IMG/VR virus record: IMGVR_UViG_3300031087_000527
Location: 209,384 to 259,022 of that record
Direction: 5' to 3' (one strand)
DNA: 49,639 nucleotides
Source: a virus
Lineage: Duplodnaviria; Heunggongvirae; Uroviricota; Caudoviricetes
The notes below the pieces were generated by a model. That model had not been told where the DNA came from and searched no databases. It saw only the letters and a program-made list of their open reading frames with translations. The position numbers were made by a program, and so were the translations under genes. Shown one piece after another: positions 19,244 to 28,601 of this stretch (position 1 is the stretch's first letter; each line of letters begins with the position of its first letter).

Positions 19244-19492
19244 GTGTTAGAAAAATATGATGAAGAGCGTTATGGAACTATGAGTTTTTGCTATGAGGCT
19301 CCACGATGGGCTAATGTGAGTGGCGAGATTAAATACATGGCTAGGGATTTAGGACTTGATGTTAAAGAGATTGAAATACAGAAGTTTTTAATAAGAGAGA
19401 AGGGGTACGTTGTGCTTGAAGGCTATAAGTCAGTATTAGAGGAGTTTAAGTATTTTTTCAAAAAGAAAATAGAAGTGTATAATCGCTCATGA
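19244..19492 (+). CDS. Phage-type hypothetical protein
   Basis: GGAG RBS; GTG start; terminator follows. Confidence 0.7.
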   Translation: MLEKYDEERYGTMSFCYEAPRWANVSGEIKYMARDLGLDVKEIEIQKFLIREKGYVVLEGYKSVLEEFKYFFKKKIEVYNRS

Positions 19493-19523
19493 TAAAGGCC
19501 TCTGGTGAGGCCTTTTTTAGTTA

Positions 19524-20255
19524 TTATTTTGAATATTTGAGTTCCGTTAATTTCTGAATTTTTTTAACATCTATATAGGGAATGTCATGTATTTTAACAA
19601 TCTGTTTGTCAATGATATCTTCGATTAGGATTTTTTCACCTTCTGAATATTCTTGTTCATTGTTAACGAAAGAGATGAGTTTTTGCTTATCATCTTCTTT
19701 AAGTTTCTTGTTAAGGAACTTTTCGGAATGCCTGAAGTTATCCTTTATGTATTTGATGTATTTTTTTCTCCTTTCTGTTTTATTTTCTCTCTTACGATAA
19801 ATCCCAGCGAACATGCTGGAATTATTAGCATATTTAAAACAAAGCGTCATAGTTAAGATCATGCTGGCAAGGAATATGAGAATAAGGTTATACTGAACAA
19901 AGAATTCGTGTATATTTTTGATATTATCACTGAGCGGCAAGCTATGAAAGAAAGCAATAAATAAGCTTAAAATAGTAAATGCATCAAGAAGAAAGTTTTT
20001 ACCATCTGTTCTTTTATTTCGCATCCACGCTTCTCCGGGATCGTCAGAGACCATAGTGGCTATTTTTTTACCCCATAGCAGCTTGTCTCTTTTATAGCTA
20101 ACGAAAATTTCTGAGTTTACAGGTAAATCAAACTCTCCATCATCAGGGCAGTAGACGGTATATAGGTGTTTTCCACTTTCTATTTTGTATTGTATTTCGT
20201 TGTTGATTCGTTCTTTGGTTAAAATTTTTCCGTGTATATTTTTATTTAATATCAT
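19524..20255 (-). CDS. Membrane protein with two TM segments
   Basis: Hydrophobic stretches FLLDAFTILSLFIAFF and LILIFLASMILTMTLCF; very AT-rich. Confidence 0.7.
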   Translation of the reverse strand: MILNKNIHGKILTKERINNEIQYKIESGKHLYTVYCPDDGEFDLPVNSEIFVSYKRDKLLWGKKIATMVSDDPGEAWMRNKRTDGKNFLLDAFTILSLFIAFFHSLPLSDNIKNIHEFFVQYNLILIFLASMILTMTLCFKYANNSSMFAGIYRKRENKTERRKKYIKYIKDNFRHSEKFLNKKLKEDDKQKLISFVNNEQEYSEGEKILIEDIIDKQIVKIHDIPYIDVKKIQKLTELKYSK

Positions 20256-20342
20256 ATTGTTCTCTTATAAAATGATGTGATTGTTCGACAAATCATAAGC
20301 ATAAAAAGTGAGGATATCAATACAGGTGCATGAAGAAAAAGC

Positions 20343-20371
20343 TTGTGCATGATGGATGTTCGGGGTATAAT
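20343..20371 (+). promoter_or_regulatory. TTGTGCATGA-class sigma70 promoter
   Basis: TTGTGC(ATGA)-17-TATAAT. Confidence 0.8.
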
Positions 20372-20388
20372 GACACCTTAATACAAAC

Positions 20389-20637
20389 ATGAGAAAGAAG
20401 ATGAAAACGTCAGGACTGCTGGTGGCTTTAGTGTTAAGTGTTTCTTCGCTGCCTGTTTATTCTCAAGGTGTAGGTGGTAACATAGGTGTCAGTTTAACTA
20501 TATATCCGGCATCGGGCTGTGCTAACCAGATGTGTGCGATTGAGACATCAAAAGTTATTAAAGATATTGCGATTCACAAAGTTGATGCTGGCTACAAAGC
20601 TTCGGTTAAAGATACCCTGTTAACGATTGAATTTTAA
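20389..20637 (+). CDS. Small exported protein, paralogue of 17989
   Basis: Signal peptide; GNIGVSLTIYPASGC; C-terminal LLTIEF. Confidence 0.65.
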   Translation: MRKKMKTSGLLVALVLSVSSLPVYSQGVGGNIGVSLTIYPASGCANQMCAIETSKVIKDIAIHKVDAGYKASVKDTLLTIEF

Positions 20638-20647
20638 AGAGGAAGCC

Positions 20648-20935
20648 ATGAAAAAATTAAGCTTGATTGTCGTATGTTTGCTGAGCATGTTTAGCCTGAA
20701 TGTTTTTGCGGATGATGATGTTTCAGATAGAGTCGCAGAAAACTATCTTAATGGCGCACGGTTTTTTATTATTTGTGATAGTGTGGCTGGAAATCGCTTT
20801 GTTGATCAGTTTGCCAAAACGGTAGAGTTTAAAGAGAGTGGTGTGGTAGTTATCACGCAGATGGATAATACGCATCGTTTTATCAGCAATAGCTCATGTA
20901 ATGTTCGCGAGCTGCCTATGGTAAGAAAAGGATAA
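20648..20935 (+). CDS. Small exported hypothetical protein
   Basis: GAGG RBS; MKK signal peptide. Confidence 0.7.
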   Translation: MKKLSLIVVCLLSMFSLNVFADDDVSDRVAENYLNGARFFIICDSVAGNRFVDQFAKTVEFKESGVVVITQMDNTHRFISNSSCNVRELPMVRKG

Positions 20936-20938
20936 AAT

Positions 20939-21202
20939 ATGAAAATGAAAACCGTTTATACTGTGAAGACTTATCCTGATGGTCAGAATGCGTCAGTTGT
21001 GGGCATCATGGAAAAGATGAGTGCTGAGCTGCTGAAAGCACTCATTGGGATGAACCATGACGAGTATGCGCATTTCGAAATGCTGTGTGATGGATTTAAT
21101 GAGAATCGCTTAGCTCTGGATGATATTCATCTGGTTGTAGAAGATGAAAGCGGAGAAGAAACTCTGTATCACTTTGACGAGTGCGAGTTTGCTTCATTAT
21201 AA
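20939..21202 (+). CDS. Hypothetical protein
   Basis: Coupled to upstream gene; acidic. Confidence 0.7.
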   Translation: MKMKTVYTVKTYPDGQNASVVGIMEKMSAELLKALIGMNHDEYAHFEMLCDGFNENRLALDDIHLVVEDESGEETLYHFDECEFASL

Positions 21203-21254
21203 ACGTCTCCCGCTGGAAAGCCTTCAGTGGGATTTTTATTTTTTTAAGGATGCT

Positions 21255-21521
21255 ATGAAAAAATATATTGCTGGGCTAGCTATTCTGATTTTCACCTTTT
21301 GTTCTTTTGCTGAAGATGCAAAGCAGACGACCTATGAGATTGTTAAAAATATGGTGCCTGCGGAGAAGTGCCCTGTTCAGATTAAAAATGAAATGGCAGA
21401 GTTTTACGACTGTGGGAACTACGTTGTATCCTATTCCAAAAAAGGTTATGGCGATTCGCAGTTTTTCAGAGTCTGTCGTAAAACGCAAGAAGGCGTATTA
21501 ACAGCCTGCACCTATTTATAA
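21255..21521 (+). CDS. Small exported Cys-containing protein
   Basis: AAGGA RBS; MKKYIAG signal peptide; four Cys in the mature part. Confidence 0.7.
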   Translation: MKKYIAGLAILIFTFCSFAEDAKQTTYEIVKNMVPAEKCPVQIKNEMAEFYDCGNYVVSYSKKGYGDSQFFRVCRKTQEGVLTACTYL

Positions 21522-21530
21522 GGAATACAA

Positions 21531-22463
21531 ATGACGCTTTACGAGGATATGATTAGCCAGCTTAGTCGTTTGATTGATAGCTACGATCTCAGGCGTTTTG
21601 CTGCGGAGAAAAACATTAAAGAAGCGGTGTCTAAAGCCTATCCTGATATTGATAATCGCTTTGATGAGATAGCTCAATCACTTTGGAGTAAAGTAAGTCC
21701 CGTGCTTTCTGATCAGATTTTGTTTCAAGGCGAGATTTTCTCCTATGATGATGCTGTAAAGAAAAAGCTAATTGATTCAGGCTTTCTGGATAGTCGTATT
21801 CTTAATCTGCTTGTTCTGATTAACTTTAAATGCCTTATCACAAAAGAGAAGAATGATATTTTTGATTTCCTGTGTGATAACCAACTGGTTTGTTCTAATA
21901 TAAAAGAATTTTGCTGGGAGTGCTCAAGCCATTATCTTTATGCTTTGGATGTTGAGAAAAAAGAAATTGTTGTTTTCAGAGATTCACATAAATGTGTAAA
22001 GATTGATCCTATTTTTAAGACAAAGTTAAAAATCAATGGAAAGCTTGGTCTGGCAAATATTGTTCACAGCGTAGATGTTCCTCATGATTTCGATGCGCCT
22101 CAGCCTGGAACACGTCTTGGCAACCTTCATGAAATGAAGCGTTGGGCTAAGCGCAATGTAGGTCGTTTCCCTGTGGGGAATAGCTCTCCTGAAGTATGGC
22201 GTAAAGATAATGAAATCCTAATTTTAAATCCCGTTGAAAATCATGATGGAATAAGCTATGATGAGGCTTATGAAAAAATGAAGTTTTCAGGTTATGAGAA
22301 AATAGGTGAGATCATAACGGATGCGTGGACGGTGTGTGTTTTCAATGGTCAGGCGAAGGCTGAAGATGCGCAAATTGTTATTGACCTGCCATTTAAAACC
22401 GTTGTGGCTGAGTATAACTCAGAGACGAATATAATAAAGATTACGGGGGTTGATCGTGGATAA
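21531..22463 (+). CDS. Hypothetical protein
   Basis: 310-codon ORF with AAGGA RBS. Confidence 0.8.
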   Translation: MTLYEDMISQLSRLIDSYDLRRFAAEKNIKEAVSKAYPDIDNRFDEIAQSLWSKVSPVLSDQILFQGEIFSYDDAVKKKLIDSGFLDSRILNLLVLINFKCLITKEKNDIFDFLCDNQLVCSNIKEFCWECSSHYLYALDVEKKEIVVFRDSHKCVKIDPIFKTKLKINGKLGLANIVHSVDVPHDFDAPQPGTRLGNLHEMKRWAKRNVGRFPVGNSSPEVWRKDNEILILNPVENHDGISYDEAYEKMKFSGYEKIGEIITDAWTVCVFNGQAKAEDAQIVIDLPFKTVVAEYNSETNIIKITGVDRG

Positions 22464-23034
22464 GGTAGAGATAGGCGAAGTAAAGACAATGGTCATTACA
22501 AAAAAAGAAATGGCTGAATCTTTCCCTCGTGTGGGTGAAGCTGTTGCTTTTACTATTGAAAGAAATGAGCAGTTGATATACGGTAATGGCATTGTCAAAG
22601 AAGTGAGTGAAGTTGATGCTGAAAAAAATCATTATCTTTTTGTGGTAGAGGCGGATGATGGTGAGTTTTACCCTGTTCATTTCGTCAGCAGTGCATATCC
22701 ACGTGATACGCTACTACTGAAGGCAGGTAATCCACGTGTTGATGAAAAACTTAAAATGATCGGAATGATAGGTGCTAAGCGTCATGTGGTGTATCGAGAT
22801 TTGTATCATGAGCAGGAAGCGTATAAAGTTTTGCCCAGAGCAGGAGATTTGGTGAGTTATAAGACAACCATCAAAGGCGAGCCTGTTGAAGGTCGAGGCA
22901 TTGTAACGAAACGTAAATTACGTAATGCTTATAAAGCGTTGGCTTTGATTAATATTGAAAATAATGAAGGAGAAGCAGTTCAGGTTTATGTGAACAACGA
23001 AAGCTTCCCTGATGATATTGTTATTGTTGAATAA
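22450..23034 (+). CDS. Hypothetical protein with internally duplicated SH3/KOW-like unit
   Basis: FPRVGEAV...GNGIV and LPRAGDLV...GRGIV; exact start uncertain. Confidence 0.7.
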   Translation: MIVDKVEIGEVKTMVITKKEMAESFPRVGEAVAFTIERNEQLIYGNGIVKEVSEVDAEKNHYLFVVEADDGEFYPVHFVSSAYPRDTLLLKAGNPRVDEKLKMIGMIGAKRHVVYRDLYHEQEAYKVLPRAGDLVSYKTTIKGEPVEGRGIVTKRKLRNAYKALALINIENNEGEAVQVYVNNESFPDDIVIVE

Positions 23035-23044
23035 GGAAACTATA

Positions 23045-23245
23045 ATGGAAAATATTTTCAAAGCAGGTGATCGTGTATTGTTTGCTTCAACGGATTCTGA
23101 TCGTAAAGGTGTGGTGGTGAGTGCGGTTGTTGCGAGAGAGCTTGAGCGAGACTTGTATGACCGGGAAGACACCGGGCCGATGTATGTGATTTCGGTTGAA
23201 GGTCAGGAAGAACATGCATTTGAGGATGAGTTAGAGCTGGAATAA
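23045..23245 (+). CDS. Small SH3/KOW-like hypothetical protein
   Basis: FKAGDRV...GVV...Y.I...E.ELE pattern; AAGGA RBS. Confidence 0.65.
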   Translation: MENIFKAGDRVLFASTDSDRKGVVVSAVVARELERDLYDREDTGPMYVISVEGQEEHAFEDELELE

Positions 23246-23352
23246 GTTAGATTTAAAGTCAAAGAAAAGCCTCTTCTGAGGCTTTTTTGCTTTGCAAGCA
23301 TAGGTGTTTACGTTATACTGAGTCAACTAACTACTGAATAAGAGATAAACTA

Positions 23353-23865
23353 ATGACGAAGAAAAAGCAACAATATGATCGCCTGCAGACAGCTTCGGTT
23401 GAGGAAACTCTGGAAGCGATTGGTAATGCTGTTGAGGTTTTAAAGTCAAAGAATATGCATCAGGCGTTACTGCGTGGATTTAAGGGTTATCGGACACTCT
23501 TTAAAGGCGAAGAAGTTCATCTGACTTCTCTTAGACTGCTGACATTCTTTAATCACGGCGTAGTGTGTTCTTGCTGTGGTCTAAAAGCGTCGTATTTTGC
23601 TTTTGAGCGTAATCCTATTACCCAAAAGAATCCCAAGCCGGGAAGTTATCACCTGAATCTGTGGGGCGTTGATGAAGAAGGTGAGGAGCGCATGTTTACT
23701 CATGATCATACGCTGGCTCGCGCATTAGGTGGTAATGATGATGCTACCAATACCACAACGATGTGTCTGGAGTGTAATGGTGATAAAGCCAAAGAAGAGT
23801 ATTTGCTTTGTCTGGCTAAACGTCAGAAAGAGCGGAAGGGGCAATCTGAGGCGGAGGCTGTCTGA
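23353..23865 (+). CDS. HNH endonuclease
   Basis: CSCC ... THDHTLARALGGNDD.TN...CLECN.DK. Confidence 0.8.
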   Translation: MTKKKQQYDRLQTASVEETLEAIGNAVEVLKSKNMHQALLRGFKGYRTLFKGEEVHLTSLRLLTFFNHGVVCSCCGLKASYFAFERNPITQKNPKPGSYHLNLWGVDEEGEERMFTHDHTLARALGGNDDATNTTTMCLECNGDKAKEEYLLCLAKRQKERKGQSEAEAV

Positions 23866-24587
23866 TGGGATTTCTAAAAATGTTTAAGGCTATCAGTATA
23901 TTGATACTGTTAATGATGACAAGTTGTGTTTTCGCGCAAGGATTTAATTCTGATGATTACGAGCAATACATTGCAAAATGCGGTTTAAGTGTCCCTCAAG
24001 GTTATGATCCCAGACATGCCTACGATCCAGAAGAGCGAGTGATTTATAAAATAACCTCTGTAGGATGGAATAAAGATTATGATGTGAGTATTATGGTTCC
24101 CTGTCCTTGCTCTGGTGTTTATCGTAATGAGTTAAATGACGAATATATTTTTAAGAATTTAGACAGATCAAGCTTGATAAGGTTTGTTCCTAAAAGAACC
24201 AAAGCGATTCCACAATGGAGAAATCCTCGAAGTAATGAGGATGTAGAGATATTGGGAAACGGTGTTGACTTCAAAACTACGCGCTCAACTGGCTATGATA
24301 CTGGAACTCAAGGTTTCTTACTTGCTGATGGCACATGGGCTGAACGATTAGAATCAGCGAAGGATAAGGTTGACCATACTGTATTGAGAGAGACGACAGC
24401 AAAAACGATTTATGGTCAGTCTGGAGCAGCAGTATTTGGAAAAGATGGAAAAGCTATTGGTGTTTCTATTGGGGCAAGATGGCCTAACAATCGACTAAGT
24501 AAAAGTTATTCTTTTTATGTGCCTTATTCCGCTATTAAAGAAGCATGGATCGCCTTTGATAAAAGTAAGCAAGCTGTAAAAAAATGA
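23865..24587 (+). CDS. Exported trypsin-like protease homologue, catalytic His apparently lost
   Basis: GQSGAAVF present; the TAKH motif is replaced by SIMV; signal peptide. Confidence 0.65.
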   Translation: MGFLKMFKAISILILLMMTSCVFAQGFNSDDYEQYIAKCGLSVPQGYDPRHAYDPEERVIYKITSVGWNKDYDVSIMVPCPCSGVYRNELNDEYIFKNLDRSSLIRFVPKRTKAIPQWRNPRSNEDVEILGNGVDFKTTRSTGYDTGTQGFLLADGTWAERLESAKDKVDHTVLRETTAKTIYGQSGAAVFGKDGKAIGVSIGARWPNNRLSKSYSFYVPYSAIKEAWIAFDKSKQAVKK

Positions 24588-24653
24588 CTTGCTCTTAATA
24601 ATGAAAACTACTACAATGGTTGTGATTAAATACAATCAGGATAATTAAGCATA

Positions 24654-25280
24654 ATGTTAAAACATATTATCGGGCTGATGTTGTTGGTATCATTTGTGGC
24701 TTCGGCTGAAGAGAACTATGTGAAGTTTGAGGCCGTTCAGACTTATGAAGAAGGCAACAGAGTTTTAACGGAGCATGACTACGGCAGCGGGGTGCGCTGG
24801 AATGATGATTACGTGGTTACGGCTAAGCATGTGAGCTTTGCGCAGGGCAGTGTCTATAAGTGCTCAGAGAACTGCGACTTACAGTTTGTGAAACGTAAGA
24901 TTGTAGGTAATGGTGTTGTGCCACAGTGGAGAGAGAGTGTAGCCACAGAAAAAGTAACCATTATTGGGAATAGTATTGGCGGTAAAACTGTTATTTCTAA
25001 AGGTCAGGACATTAATCGTTATTTTTATGTTGCATCAGGTAAAGTAGAAAGCCGTCCAGAAAAACCTAATCAGGAAAATGCGATTGTGTATGCTTCTACT
25101 GCTGAGATTGTTCATGGTCAGTCGGGTGGTCCAGTCTTTGGTGATGATGGTAAAGTAGTAGGGATGTTGATTGGAAAGACTATCTTGACGGGAAAGGAGG
25201 GTAAGCAGTATACTGTTTCTGTTTATGTGCCTTACTCTGTGATTAAGGCTGAGTGGGAAAAATATAAAAAGGAAAGTTAA
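24654..25280 (+). CDS. Exported trypsin-like serine protease
   Basis: Signal peptide; VTAKHV (His), CDLQF (Asp), HGQSGGPVF (Ser). Confidence 0.85.
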   Translation: MLKHIIGLMLLVSFVASAEENYVKFEAVQTYEEGNRVLTEHDYGSGVRWNDDYVVTAKHVSFAQGSVYKCSENCDLQFVKRKIVGNGVVPQWRESVATEKVTIIGNSIGGKTVISKGQDINRYFYVASGKVESRPEKPNQENAIVYASTAEIVHGQSGGPVFGDDGKVVGMLIGKTILTGKEGKQYTVSVYVPYSVIKAEWEKYKKES

Positions 25281-25450
25281 TGAAAGCATATGGTCATTCA
25301 CGTTTTGACAAGATCGAATGTAAATATGGTTGCTGCACAACAAAGTGTGGTGCCAAGAAAAATTGTCGCGCCATTATGGATAAAGCTCGTCGTAAGAAAG
25401 CACGTCAGACTGGCGAGAAAGAGATTAAAAAATCCATTGTTGCGATTTAA
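25280..25450 (+). CDS. Small basic Cys-rich protein (56 aa, not in ORF track)
   Basis: TAATG coupling; MKAYGHSRFDKIECKYGCC...KKARQTGEKEI. Confidence 0.65.
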   Translation: MKAYGHSRFDKIECKYGCCTTKCGAKKNCRAIMDKARRKKARQTGEKEIKKSIVAI

Positions 25451-25468
25451 AGAAAGGAGTAAGTTCAA

Positions 25469-26167
25469 TTGAAGATTATTTCACCTTTTCATGATTATTA
25501 TGATTCGGCTATGATTTACTTTGACGACAGCATTTTGCTGAAGCGTAAAACAGAGCGGGTTTATTTGGGGGATATTAACGTATCTCTGCCTAATCGTATT
25601 GATAAAATCGCCACATCTTATGTTGGTAACACTAATCCCTTATCACGTGTTGCTGCGATTGATTATTTGTATTTTTGTGGAAAGGTTTATCCATTATTTA
25701 GTATTTTTCATTCCAAAAGTCATTGGCAAAAGGTTAATAGAAAGCTGACTCAGATAGATAATCGTTCAGATCAGGTCTATTTTAATAGTTTTGATGACTT
25801 GTTAAAGACTTGCGATCAGGAAGGCTTGAAGATTAACCGTTCTTTTGGTCAGCCTAAAAACCATATTGAAAAAATCAAAGAAAGGCTTGAGCGTATGGAG
25901 GCTCAGGAAATCTCTGCAGATGTATTCAGGGACGTTGGCGCACCTTATTTCATTCTGGAAGGCAATGTGGTGATTGTATATCCTGAACTAAAGGCAATAA
26001 CCAAGTCTTTTAAAATGGATGCTGCGACGGTCTATCAGGAAATTGAAATGTATATGGGTGGTGTGCTTGGTCAAGAGGAGAAGCCTGTTGAGCCTGTATC
26101 TGACATTGATAAACGCAACAGTAAAGGTTTTGATGATTACAGTTTTAAGAAAAGAAAAGCAGAATAA
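25469..26167 (+). CDS. Phage-type hypothetical protein
   Basis: AGGAG RBS; TTG start; KIISPFHDYYD N-terminus; terminator follows. Confidence 0.75.
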   Translation: MKIISPFHDYYDSAMIYFDDSILLKRKTERVYLGDINVSLPNRIDKIATSYVGNTNPLSRVAAIDYLYFCGKVYPLFSIFHSKSHWQKVNRKLTQIDNRSDQVYFNSFDDLLKTCDQEGLKINRSFGQPKNHIEKIKERLERMEAQEISADVFRDVGAPYFILEGNVVIVYPELKAITKSFKMDAATVYQEIEMYMGGVLGQEEKPVEPVSDIDKRNSKGFDDYSFKKRKAE

Positions 26168-26206
26168 AGAAAAAGCCTCGTAAGAGGCTTTTTTTATAGG
26201 TATAGA

Positions 26207-26662
26207 TTAAGCGGCGTATTTTTCTCGGAGTAAATCTACTACCTCAGAAAACATAGGCTCAGCACCATAAGGTTTATAAAAAATATTATCCCGAATCACG
26301 ATATTAAAATCATCCATCATATCTTTATCCATCATGCCCGAAAGCGGGATGCTTTCACGATCAAAATCAAAAACAGGCGTTGCGATGAGATTACCGCTTA
26401 CGCGACATTCAGGCATATTGCTTTCCCGAAGTTTGTTATTGATGAGAAAAAGAGTAATCTGGAGATTCTGAAGATTATTTCGGGCATGATTCACAGACAT
26501 CGACATGGAAAACTGAATGTGGAAAGCTTTTTCGTCTTCTTTAATAGAGCCATCAGGGAAAGGCAGGATGTTTCTCAGAGCCGTACAAAACAGATTTACG
26601 CTTTCAGTAGTGGTGCTCTTGATGTTGAGTGAAACGTCATACTTCATTTTCAGATCAAACAT
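26207..26662 (-). CDS. Hypothetical protein
   Basis: GAGG RBS; ends at a bidirectional terminator. Confidence 0.7.
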   Translation of the reverse strand: MFDLKMKYDVSLNIKSTTTESVNLFCTALRNILPFPDGSIKEDEKAFHIQFSMSMSVNHARNNLQNLQITLFLINNKLRESNMPECRVSGNLIATPVFDFDRESIPLSGMMDKDMMDDFNIVIRDNIFYKPYGAEPMFSEVVDLLREKYAA

Positions 26663-26892
26663 GGTAGTTGCCTCTTTTTAAAATGATGGTTAAGTATACC
26701 ATAAAATGTATTTTAACGTGTGCTTTAATGATGAGAATAGCGATATTTAATGCTGTATTTTTGAAAAGATAAAAGCTATAAAGAATAAAGAATTATGATA
26801 ATGCTTAATAGAGTATTTTATGCTTTGGTTTCAGTTGTACGATAGACTGATATTTGGTATAATGTTTACCTATTCAACAAAGGAGATTAACG

Positions 26893-27222
26893 ATGAACGA
26901 AGTAAAAGAATTGCTGGTAGAAATGAGTCTTGATTATGGTCGTATGGGCAGTCTTGAAGGTTTGTTCCTAGTTGATGAGGCTGACTTTGAGTTGGCTAAG
27001 AAGTTGAATCCACAGGTTTACTTTGGTGAGGTGCTGGGCAAGCACTCTGAGGTGTATTGTGATTTTAATGAAATGTCGTTCAAAGTAAAAACCGACGATC
27101 CAGCAAAGATCGCTATGCTGAAAGAGATGGATATGGTGAGTTCCGGTCATGATCCATTTGAATATATGCATGATCACAATGCAGACTGGCGCGAAGACGG
27201 TGGTCGTAGCATCACGGGATAA
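26893..27222 (+). CDS. Hypothetical protein
   Basis: AGGAG RBS, promoter upstream, terminator downstream. Confidence 0.75.
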   Translation: MNEVKELLVEMSLDYGRMGSLEGLFLVDEADFELAKKLNPQVYFGEVLGKHSEVYCDFNEMSFKVKTDDPAKIAMLKEMDMVSSGHDPFEYMHDHNADWREDGGRSITG

Positions 27223-27344
27223 AAGAAGGGCCTGCCCTTTTTTTATTTCAAAAAGGCTAAAAAAAGGTTGCGTCTGACAACACCTGATGATATAGTATGT
27301 CCATTGAAACGCGAAACCCTATTTTCTCTTATTGGAGCATGGAA

Positions 27345-27479
27345 ATGAAAGACGTAAAAATCAACGGTGCAAAGTCTATTGTGATGCAGCCTCTGTTTGC
27401 TTCAAAGACTGAGGTGGACCGTAAGAAAAACGAAAAGCTGATGCGTAAGCAGAAGCATAAAGGCAAGTTCGATTACTAA
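27345..27479 (+). CDS. ArfA-like alternative ribosome-rescue mini-protein (44 aa)
   Basis: VKINGAKSIVMQPLFASKTEVDRKK...MRKQKH aligns with E. coli ArfA [24 protein letters not shown]...MRKGKH as recalled; GGAG RBS 8 nt upstream. Confidence 0.55.
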   Translation: MKDVKINGAKSIVMQPLFASKTEVDRKKNEKLMRKQKHKGKFDY

Positions 27480-27532
27480 TCGAATAGCGGGCGGCGAAAG
27501 TCGCCTTTTTCTTTGCACGTTTTGGAGTTTTT

Positions 27533-28171
27533 ATGATTAGTAAGGAAGAGTTTCTCACACGCGAATATGTTGATGGCCTTTATTCAACAATGAAATGGAG
27601 CGATCACGGTGCTGATCTCTATGATTGTATAGATGATAAGCAGGATGATGATGATTTTCCTGTGGAGTGTCAAGGTCGTAAAATGACCTTTGAGGATATG
27701 GTGGAACATCCAGCATTCAGAGCCTATTTTGAAGAATGGTTGCCGCAACGTTTTCGTTATGCGAAAGAATGGCTGGAATCAGATTTAAAGCAGTGCGCGG
27801 ATAAGTCAGATGGTTTGTTTTTAATAAAGCGCACCATTTGGTGTAATCAGGCTTTGTTTGATAAAGCGGCTGCAGAAGATTTCGATATTGGACGTTTTTG
27901 GTCAACCTATAATCCTTCAGCATATTGTGGTAGTGCTTGCGAAGAAAAAACCATAGAGCTAACGGTATCAGCAAAGGTAAGTGCGGACGATATTGACTGG
28001 ACTGAAACTATGCGTTCACGCATGGACTATACCAATGGTGATATGGAAGGAGAGATCTATCTGAAAGAAGATTCTACGCCGATTTTCATCATGCTGTCAT
28101 GGCAGGATGGTGATATTTCCTGCATAACCGAGGAAAGAGAAGTCCGACTAAAATTGAAAGCCACTCAATAA
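27533..28171 (+). CDS. Hypothetical protein, possible R-S-E ADP-ribosyltransferase-like fold
   Basis: IKR ... GRFWS ... EGEI spacing; weak. Confidence 0.45.
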   Translation: MISKEEFLTREYVDGLYSTMKWSDHGADLYDCIDDKQDDDDFPVECQGRKMTFEDMVEHPAFRAYFEEWLPQRFRYAKEWLESDLKQCADKSDGLFLIKRTIWCNQALFDKAAAEDFDIGRFWSTYNPSAYCGSACEEKTIELTVSAKVSADDIDWTETMRSRMDYTNGDMEGEIYLKEDSTPIFIMLSWQDGDISCITEEREVRLKLKATQ

Positions 28172-28234
28172 ATCTTGTTTTAATGACAACGTTAGAGTAT
28201 AATGCGTTATACTTTTTTGAAGAGATAAAAAAAG

Positions 28235-28546
28235 ATGAGCGATGAGAAAGAGAATGATGTTCTCGAAGAAGAAAAGAGTGTTGAGAAAAGAAAAAGAATT
28301 GCGGTGATCGGCTTTGCTTCTATCGGTAGTGGTTTATTATCAGGCATCTGTGCTAAACAGGCAGGTAAGCGAAAAGGTCAGACTATGACGATGGCTGAGG
28401 CCTCAAAGTTAAACAGTCTTGGTTTCGCTACAATTCAAGAGATTGAGCCGCCCGCTTCTGAGCAATACCATCACGGGTATTCTCGCCGGGATCTTAAAGA
28501 TTTCACAAAAGGTAATCCAAACCTGAAAGGTCGAGGACGCAGATAG
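28235..28546 (+). CDS. Hypothetical protein
   Basis: Promoter upstream, terminator downstream. Confidence 0.65.
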   Translation: MSDEKENDVLEEEKSVEKRKRIAVIGFASIGSGLLSGICAKQAGKRKGQTMTMAEASKLNSLGFATIQEIEPPASEQYHHGYSRRDLKDFTKGNPNLKGRGRR

Positions 28547-28601
28547 AAAAGGCCCCGTTCATTCGGGGTTTTTGTTTTTCAATAATAAAAAAGGAGAACA
28601 G

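Noticed and set aside
25290-25472. 60-aa ORF from the track
   Set aside because: The alternative frame 25280-25450 is translationally coupled and more protein-like.
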